From the NCBI GenBank assembly GCA_039683575.1, contig JBDKRC010000176.1, positions 1-36,982 on the forward strand: 36,982 nucleotides of DNA, in the 5' to 3' direction. Both the position numbers and the translations under genes were made by a program. A model generated the notes under the pieces. It searched no databases, had not been told where the DNA came from, and worked only from the letters and a program-made list of their open reading frames with translations. Numbering within the stretch: position 1 is the stretch's first letter; every line of letters starts with the position of its first letter. The stretch is from Armatimonadia bacterium (GTDB taxonomy: Bacteria > Armatimonadota > Zipacnadia > Zipacnadales > UBA11051). Below are positions 28,131 to 33,767 of this stretch, piece after piece.

Positions 28131-29813
28131 TTATGCCCTCCTCCGCCACCACATGAAGCCGCCGGCGGCGATGATGAGCAGCGGGATGATCCCGGCCACC
28201 AGCGCCCACACGAACCGCTTCTGCGTGTCAGTGACCGCGAACGGGTTCTCCACCGGCTCCTTGGGCGGGATGGAGACGAGCTTCTCGTTCCTGACCAGCC
28301 AGTTCACCGACATCGCGGCCAGAGAGATGTTCTGCCGCGCGAAGTCGCCGGCCTGCTGCAGGATATTATCAGCCGCAAAGTCCGCATCGCCGATGACGAT
28401 GATCCGTGACTTGCGCCCTTCCTGCGACGGCGGCGGCGCCGGCTGTCCCGGCATTGTCGGCGGCGTCGGCGGGGTCTGGTCAATGGCCACAGCCAGCGTC
28501 AGCTCGCCCTTGCGGGCAGCCCCGCCCACGATCTGCGCCTCGGAGCTGTACGTCTTCAGCAGTGGCACGGCATTCTGGTTGGTGGGCGGCGGCGGCGCGC
28601 CCGGCATGGACGGCGGTGGCGCCGAAGCCTGGACATCGAAGGCTGTCGCGGTCGGCATGACCACGATCTCAAGCGGGCCCGACACATCATGTCCCGGCTG
28701 CGCGCGGGCTGCCAGGATCTCGCCCCGTCCGCCGAAGCTGCCCTGCAGGTCCCGGACCCGGCCCGGAATCGGCGTCACGCCCAGCGGCTTCAGAAGCTCA
28801 GCGAAGTTCGGAGCCGGAGTCGGCTCGAGCATCAGCAGCAGGTTCCCGCCCTGGTCGAGGTAGCGCTTGATCGCGCCCATCTCGGCCGCTGTCGGGGCAA
28901 CCTTCGCCCCTGCGATCACCAGCAGCTTGCAGTCCGCCGGGATCTCCGGCTTGGCCTGCGTGATGATCGACAGTGTATCAACCTTGTACTGCTGGTTGTC
29001 GAGCACGCTCTTGAGCATGCTGTAGGAGACCTTGTCAGGTGTCGCCCCGGGGGTGAAGCTCGCTTCGCCGTGGCCGCTCAGGAAGCACACGCGGGTCTTC
29101 TCGCCGGTGGTCACGGCCAAAATGGCGCTGGTAAGCTGCTCCTCGCCGCCACCCTGGATCTCTTCCTTGCGCTTCGCGCCCTCTTTGCCGGCTTCTACAA
29201 AGATCGTGCCATCAAACCGCACGCCGTATTCCCGTGCCTTGTCGACGGCCGTCTTCGTGTCATAGATATTGACTTCCAGTTGGCTGGACTTGCGCCTGTA
29301 GTCATCCAGCCGCCGTCGCAGTTGCTCGGCATTCATCGCCTCATCGGAGATAAACGCCGTGAGCGTCACCTTCTGGTTGAGTTCCTTGAGGATCTTCACC
29401 GTCTGGGGTGACAGCGAGAACTGCTTGCCCCGGCTCAGGTCAAACCGCACGATCTCATGCCGTCCGCCGATGTAGTTGACCATCACCAGGATGCCCAGCA
29501 CGATCACCGTGAACAGGGCCGAGCTAAGCGCGGTCTGAAAGCCCCTGCGCTTGATCGCAATTACTAGCTGGTGTACGTTGCTGTACACCCAGAACGCAAT
29601 GCAGATCAACGCGAGAATGCCAATGACCTTGATCGGCATCTTGTTGATCGTCTTGGCAATGCTGGCCCAGAACAGCGCGGCCAAGAGGAAAAGGCTGCCT
29701 ACCCAGCCGGCCACGCGACCATAGAAGGCCAGTGCGGTAAACGATTCGTCATGCACGGGCAATAGTCGCGGGTCGCGAGCCGTCTGCCGTGTTTCGGGAT
29801 TCGGTCCACCCAT
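28131..29813 (-). CDS. GldG-like ABC transporter auxiliary component (560 aa)
   Basis: RFDLS...FSLSPQT, EEQLTSAI, FLSGHGE, YLDQGG, IGDADF, VNWL; C-terminal TM plus WWRRR. Confidence 0.88.
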   Translation of the reverse strand: MGGPNPETRQTARDPRLLPVHDESFTALAFYGRVAGWVGSLFLLAALFWASIAKTINKMPIKVIGILALICIAFWVYSNVHQLVIAIKRRGFQTALSSALFTVIVLGILVMVNYIGGRHEIVRFDLSRGKQFSLSPQTVKILKELNQKVTLTAFISDEAMNAEQLRRRLDDYRRKSSQLEVNIYDTKTAVDKAREYGVRFDGTIFVEAGKEGAKRKEEIQGGGEEQLTSAILAVTTGEKTRVCFLSGHGEASFTPGATPDKVSYSMLKSVLDNQQYKVDTLSIITQAKPEIPADCKLLVIAGAKVAPTAAEMGAIKRYLDQGGNLLLMLEPTPAPNFAELLKPLGVTPIPGRVRDLQGSFGGRGEILAARAQPGHDVSGPLEIVVMPTATAFDVQASAPPPSMPGAPPPPTNQNAVPLLKTYSSEAQIVGGAARKGELTLAVAIDQTPPTPPTMPGQPAPPPSQEGRKSRIIVIGDADFAADNILQQAGDFARQNISLAAMSVNWLVRNEKLVSIPPKEPVENPFAVTDTQKRFVWALVAGIIPLLIIAAGGFMWWRRRA

Positions 29814-29891
29814 ATCTGATTCACCTACCCGGATAACTGTCTACTTCTTCGTGGAAGGGGTCATTGACCCCAACCCGCTGTTCCCATATTA

Positions 29892-29983
29892 GTGGGAGCG
29901 CTCTCCCGAGAAATATCGTGGGAGGGCTCTCCAGAGCCCGACTTCCTCAATCCCCCGCGTAGGTGGGTTCGTCTCGAACCCAC
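29892..29983 (+). repeat. Three REP-like elements between permease and GldG-like genes (29892, 29918, 29959)
   Basis: gtgggagcgctctccc (truncated); gtgggagggctctccagagcccga; gtaggtgggttcgtctcgaacccac. Confidence 0.8.
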
Positions 29984-30005
29984 AGCCCCACAAACCCCGC
30001 CAGCC

Positions 30006-30719
30006 CTACACCGTCCGCCGGCTCTCCAGCGACCGCACTGCCAGAAACAGGAAGAACCCTGCCAAAGTGATGAAATACAGCAGGTTCTTGCCGTCAATGA
30101 TGCCCTTTTCAAAGTCCCCGAAGCTCTCATACGCCGACAGTGACTTGGCCAGATCACCCAGCAGACCGCCGCCGCCATAGCCCAGCCAGCCCACGAGCCA
30201 GAAGAACAGCAGCAGGAACGTGCCCATCAGCCACGCCGCGATCTGGTTGGAGGTCAGCGAGCTCGTGAAGACGCCAACTGCCAGGAACGCTAGCCCGGCC
30301 AGGACAATGCCGAGGTAACCGGTGAGGGTCATGCCCCAGTCCGGCGCGCCAAAGGCCTCGAAAATGATGGGGAATTCGAACGTGATGAGGATGATGATCA
30401 GGTACAGAGCTGCCGCGCCGAGGTACTTGCCGAGGATGACTTCGACGTCCCGCACCGGGCGCGTCATCAGCATCTCATAGGTCCCTGAGTTGGTCTCCTG
30501 CGCGATCAGGCCCATTGTGATAACCGGGCACATCAGCAGGCTCAAAAAGATCATGCTGTGGAACATCCCGGACATGTCTGCCTTCGGCATCTGCATCGAC
30601 GTCGAAAGCACGAAAATCAGCCCGCAGACGCCCAGGAAGAAGAGCATGGCGACATAGGCCATGGGGGACGTGAAATACGCCACCAGCTCCCGTTGAGCAA
30701 TGGTTAACACGTTGCGCAT
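30006..30719 (-). CDS. ABC-2 permease, GldF-like (237 aa)
   Basis: RELVAYFTSPMAY, PVITMG..AQE..SGTYEMLMTRP, GKYLG, SSLTSNQIAA. Confidence 0.92.
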   Translation of the reverse strand: MRNVLTIAQRELVAYFTSPMAYVAMLFFLGVCGLIFVLSTSMQMPKADMSGMFHSMIFLSLLMCPVITMGLIAQETNSGTYEMLMTRPVRDVEVILGKYLGAAALYLIIILITFEFPIIFEAFGAPDWGMTLTGYLGIVLAGLAFLAVGVFTSSLTSNQIAAWLMGTFLLLFFWLVGWLGYGGGGLLGDLAKSLSAYESFGDFEKGIIDGKNLLYFITLAGFFLFLAVRSLESRRTV

Positions 30720-30722
30720 GAC

Positions 30723-31661
30723 TTAACTCTCTCCCTCTAGTTCGGTGGTCAGTTCATGGAAGACGTCCTCGAGGGTCATCTCCAGCGGCCGCAACTCCAA
30801 AAGCCCCCAGCCCTTGTCCACGATCGCCCGGGCCACGTCCGGACGGCAATCGCAACCGATCTGCGTCTCTACCTGGTAGGCCCCCGGGTCGCCCTTCACC
30901 GGCCGCACTGCCTTAACATCCGCCAGTTCCCGCAGCACCGTCGGAATGGACGCATCGTCCTTGGCGACGCGGAACATCATCGTCTCCGCATCCCGAGCCT
31001 GGTGGGTCAGCGCCGCGGTCGTATCCGTCGCGACCACCTTGCCCTGGTTGATGATGATAACCCGCTCGCACGTCATCTGCGCTTCCGGCAGGATATGCGT
31101 CGAGAGCATCACCGTGTGATTGCCTGCCAGGCTCTTGATCAGCTCGCGGACCTCGCGAATCTGGTTCGGGTCAAGGCCAATGGTAGGCTCGTCCAGAATC
31201 ATGACCTGCGGGTCGTGCAGCAGCGCCTGCGCAATCCCCACCCGCTGCCGGTAACCGCGGGACAGCGTCCCGATGATCTGATCGGCCCGCTCGGCCAGCC
31301 CGCACTTCTCCAGTACCAGGTCCATCCGGTCATGCAGTTCCACCCGGCCCATGCCCTGCAGCTTCCCCGCAAACCGCAGATACTGCCGCACGCGCATGTC
31401 TCGGTACAGCGCCGCATGTTCGGGCAAATACCCGATCTGCCGCCGCGCCTCCAGCGACTGCTCCATGACGTCGAAGCCGGCGATCTTCGCCGATCCCGCC
31501 GAGGCCGGCATGAACCCGGTCAGAATCCGCATGCAGGTGGTCTTTCCGGCGCCGTTGGGCCCCAGGAACGCGACCACCTCACCCGCCTGGACGTTGAAAG
31601 AAACGTCCATGATGGCTGGATGTGGGCCGTAATACTTAGTCAGGCCCTCTACCTCAATCAT
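30723..31661 (-). CDS. ABC transporter ATP-binding protein, GldA-like (312 aa)
   Basis: GPNGAGKTT, LSRGYRQRVG, ILDEPT, LSTH; ATG 31661 with GGAGG SD. Confidence 0.95.
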   Translation of the reverse strand: MIEVEGLTKYYGPHPAIMDVSFNVQAGEVVAFLGPNGAGKTTCMRILTGFMPASAGSAKIAGFDVMEQSLEARRQIGYLPEHAALYRDMRVRQYLRFAGKLQGMGRVELHDRMDLVLEKCGLAERADQIIGTLSRGYRQRVGIAQALLHDPQVMILDEPTIGLDPNQIREVRELIKSLAGNHTVMLSTHILPEAQMTCERVIIINQGKVVATDTTAALTHQARDAETMMFRVAKDDASIPTVLRELADVKAVRPVKGDPGAYQVETQIGCDCRPDVARAIVDKGWGLLELRPLEMTLEDVFHELTTELEGES

Positions 31662-31809
31662 ATTGAACCTCCGAGGTCGGGAGATTGGTGGGAGCTTCTC
31701 CCCCATTAGCAATCACGATCAGCGACTGCCAACCAGTAACACCAAACAGCACATGACCTCATCCATGAAGAACGAAACTGGACCATCTGTCATGGATAAG
31801 GTCACAGAG

Positions 31810-31838
31810 AGTATACTGACGCTACCCTGTCCGGTCAA
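31810..31838 (-). promoter_or_regulatory. Sigma70-type promoter of the ABC operon
   Basis: TTGACC-N17-TATACT on the minus strand; predicted TSS about 31803. Confidence 0.75.
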
Positions 31839-31984
31839 TAACACCCGCCACCCCCTCCACGGTTCCTGCCCCGGTCGCGCCTCCACAAAAATGTGCCGCC
31901 GCCATGGCCCTGGTCCCCCTCCTTCGACGAGAACGTCCGCTCCCTCGAAGCCCTCCTCCGCCCGAATGGCCTCGCCCCCGGCAC

Positions 31985-32026
31985 AAATTGAAAGAGCCCG
32001 AGAAGCAAGCTTCTCGGGCTCTTTCA
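31985..32026. terminator. Perfect 18-bp inverted repeat, bidirectional terminator-like
   Basis: tgaaagagcccgagaagc-aa-gcttctcgggctctttca. Confidence 0.8.
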
Positions 32027-32100
32027 CTGAACCGAAACCGGGGGCTTTCCGGGGTACCCCTTATGTTCCGATCCAGTTGCGTCAAGGGAGGGTTTCTGTT
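31985..32100 (-). ncRNA. Candidate small RNA of about 115 nt, family unknown
   Basis: Lies between two terminators, follows a TATAGT -10 box, has no credible ORF and has internal pairing potential. Confidence 0.4.
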
Positions 32101-32144
32101 ATCTACTATACCCAATAGATAACATCGGCAAACATGCTCTTCAC

Positions 32145-32179
32145 AAAAAAGTAAAAGACCGGCCGAAGCCGGTCCTTTT
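32145..32179 (-). terminator. Intrinsic terminator downstream of the kinase gene and repeat array
   Basis: Minus strand GACCGGC-UUCG-GCCGGUC-UUUUACUUUUUU. Confidence 0.88.
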
Positions 32180-32191
32180 GGTCTATTTCAG

Positions 32192-32435
32192 CCTGTGAAG
32201 GGGAACTGCCCCTGTGACAGGGGAACTGCCTCACCCGTGGGATGGGAACTGCCCCTGTGAAGGGGAACTGCCTCACCTGTGGGATGGGAACTGCCCTTGT
32301 GGGAGGGGCCACTGGCCCCGACGGCACCAACCCCCTCACCTTGTGGGAGGGGAACTGCCCCTGTGGGAGGGGCCACTGGCCCCGACGGCACCAACCTCTT
32401 CACCTGTGGGAGGGGTCTCCAGACCCCGACCTCCC
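32192..32435 (+). repeat. Nine-unit mosaic tandem array of full and truncated GTGG REP-like units
   Basis: Six short units like cctgtg..gggaactgcc(tca), two of gtgggaggggccactggccccga, one of gtgggaggggtctccagaccccga. Confidence 0.88.
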
Positions 32436-32437
32436 GC

Positions 32438-33301
32438 CTACCTGCAGCGGATCAGCGTTCCCCGCACATTATTGTCGAATCCGTCACAGATCCAGATGTC
32501 AACTCCCCGCTCGCACGCATAGATCACGGCTTCCTTCTGGATTACCTGCGGGAACGGCTCCCACTTCAGGAGCTCCTCGGCGCTGATCTCATCCAGCTTC
32601 TCCGCATCCTCATATGTGTTCGGGTCCTTGTCATAGATCCCGTCCACATTGGTAAACATCGTGCACTCGCTCTGCCCCAGCGCATCTGCCAGCGCCACCG
32701 CTGTCAGATTCGACCCGCCCCGCCCCAGAATCGACACTTCGTCCCGCTGCTCGTTATCATCCCAGTAGTAGCCCTGGAACCCCGCCACAACCGGCACGAT
32801 GCCCCGCTGCAGCAGATTCTGCACGTGCGCGATGTCCACGCGTTCCACCAGCGCCCCCACCGGCCGCTTATCGGTCACAATCCCGGCCTCGCGCCCGGTC
32901 ATTGACCGCGCCGTCCGCCCCGCCTCCTTGAGCGCGATCGCCAGGGCCGCATTGGCCCGCAGCTCACCCGACATCAAAAGCCGCGCATACTCCCGGGGAT
33001 CCGGATCAGAAGAAAGCGACGCCGCAAGCTGCTCCAGCTTATCGGTTGCCCAGTCAAAGGCCGACACCACGACCACCGGCACGGCGCCACTCTTGCACCG
33101 CGGCAGCACAAAGTCTCGCGCCACTTCCTCCAGCCGGTGCGCCCGCGCCTGGTTCCGCCGCCCGGCCAGAAGCCGGTACATATCAGTGAGGTTATTCTGC
33201 CGCTTGCACTCCTCGAGCAGCCGCTCCTCATCGGGACCAAACCGTTTGAGCCCCTGCAGGGTAACCCCACCGAACTTCATGACCGGGATCGAAACAGACA
33301 T
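32438..33301 (-). CDS. Aspartokinase-like amino-acid-kinase protein, catalytic domain only, divergent (287 aa)
   Basis: VMKFGG, VVVVSA, SGE, VVAGFQG, LGRGGSN, TNVDGIY..DP, GTLI; ATG 33301 with AGGAGG SD; no ACT domains. Confidence 0.85.
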   Translation of the reverse strand: MSVSIPVMKFGGVTLQGLKRFGPDEERLLEECKRQNNLTDMYRLLAGRRNQARAHRLEEVARDFVLPRCKSGAVPVVVVSAFDWATDKLEQLAASLSSDPDPREYARLLMSGELRANAALAIALKEAGRTARSMTGREAGIVTDKRPVGALVERVDIAHVQNLLQRGIVPVVAGFQGYYWDDNEQRDEVSILGRGGSNLTAVALADALGQSECTMFTNVDGIYDKDPNTYEDAEKLDEISAEELLKWEPFPQVIQKEAVIYACERGVDIWICDGFDNNVRGTLIRCR

Positions 33302-33366
33302 CGTGTCCTCCTGAGACTGCGCGGCAACGCCGGAACTTGCTGACGGATTCCCATCTGGAAGCGCGA

Positions 33367-33395
33367 ATTCTACCCTCTGTAGGCGAATCTGTAAA
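33367..33395 (-). promoter_or_regulatory. Sigma70-type promoter of the kinase-like gene
   Basis: TTTACA-N17-TAGAAT on the minus strand. Confidence 0.7.
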
Positions 33396-33433
33396 GCAGC
33401 TACTTGTTCCCGCGCCGCCACCCCCTCTCCCCC

Positions 33434-33763
33434 GTAGGGGCGCACCGTGGTGCGCCCGCCCCCTCGCCCCTCCCGGCTGTAGGGCGCGCGGACGCCTGCG
33501 TCCGCAGGCTCGTACCCCGCCGGCCGTTAGCCCTGATCACCCCACGCCCCAACCCTCCCGTTCCGCACCAACCCGCCGTGGTGCGTCCGCCCCCTCTTCC
33601 CTTCCGGCTGTAGGGCGGGGGCTCGTACCCCGCCGGCCGCTATCCCCGACCAACCCGCCGTGCGCCCGCCCCTCTTCCCTTCCGGCTGTAGGGCGGGGGC
33701 TCGTACCCCGCCGGCCGTTATCCCCGTACCAACCCGCTGTGCGGCGGGCGTCTCGCCCGTCGC
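33434..33763 (+). repeat. Array of GTAG REP-like elements with ~78-bp tandem duplication
   Basis: GTAG hairpins at 33434, 33479, 33610 and 33688, plus a hairpin at 33741-33763; linkers ccaacccgc and cccctcttcccttccggct recur. Confidence 0.88.
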
Positions 33764-33767
33764 CGCT

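Noticed and set aside
28131-31661. Gliding motility locus
   Set aside because: GldAFG-like transporters occur widely in non-gliding bacteria, and no other gld/spr genes are in the window.
32097-32124. dif/Xer site (11-6-11 geometry)
   Set aside because: The arms lack the conserved inner ATAA/TTAT and the XerD arm TTATGTTAAAT.
31663-32586. Short ORFs across the intergenic region (71-151 aa)
   Set aside because: They cross promoters, terminators and the repeat array, lack SD sites, and give low-complexity translations.
33302-33366. Lysine riboswitch upstream of the aspartokinase-like gene
   Set aside because: The predicted leader is only about 60 nt, too short, with no recognisable motif.
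32192-33763. CRISPR array interpretation of the two repeat arrays
   Set aside because: Repeats vary in sequence and length, the intervening sequences are themselves repeated rather than unique spacers, and there are no cas genes in the window.
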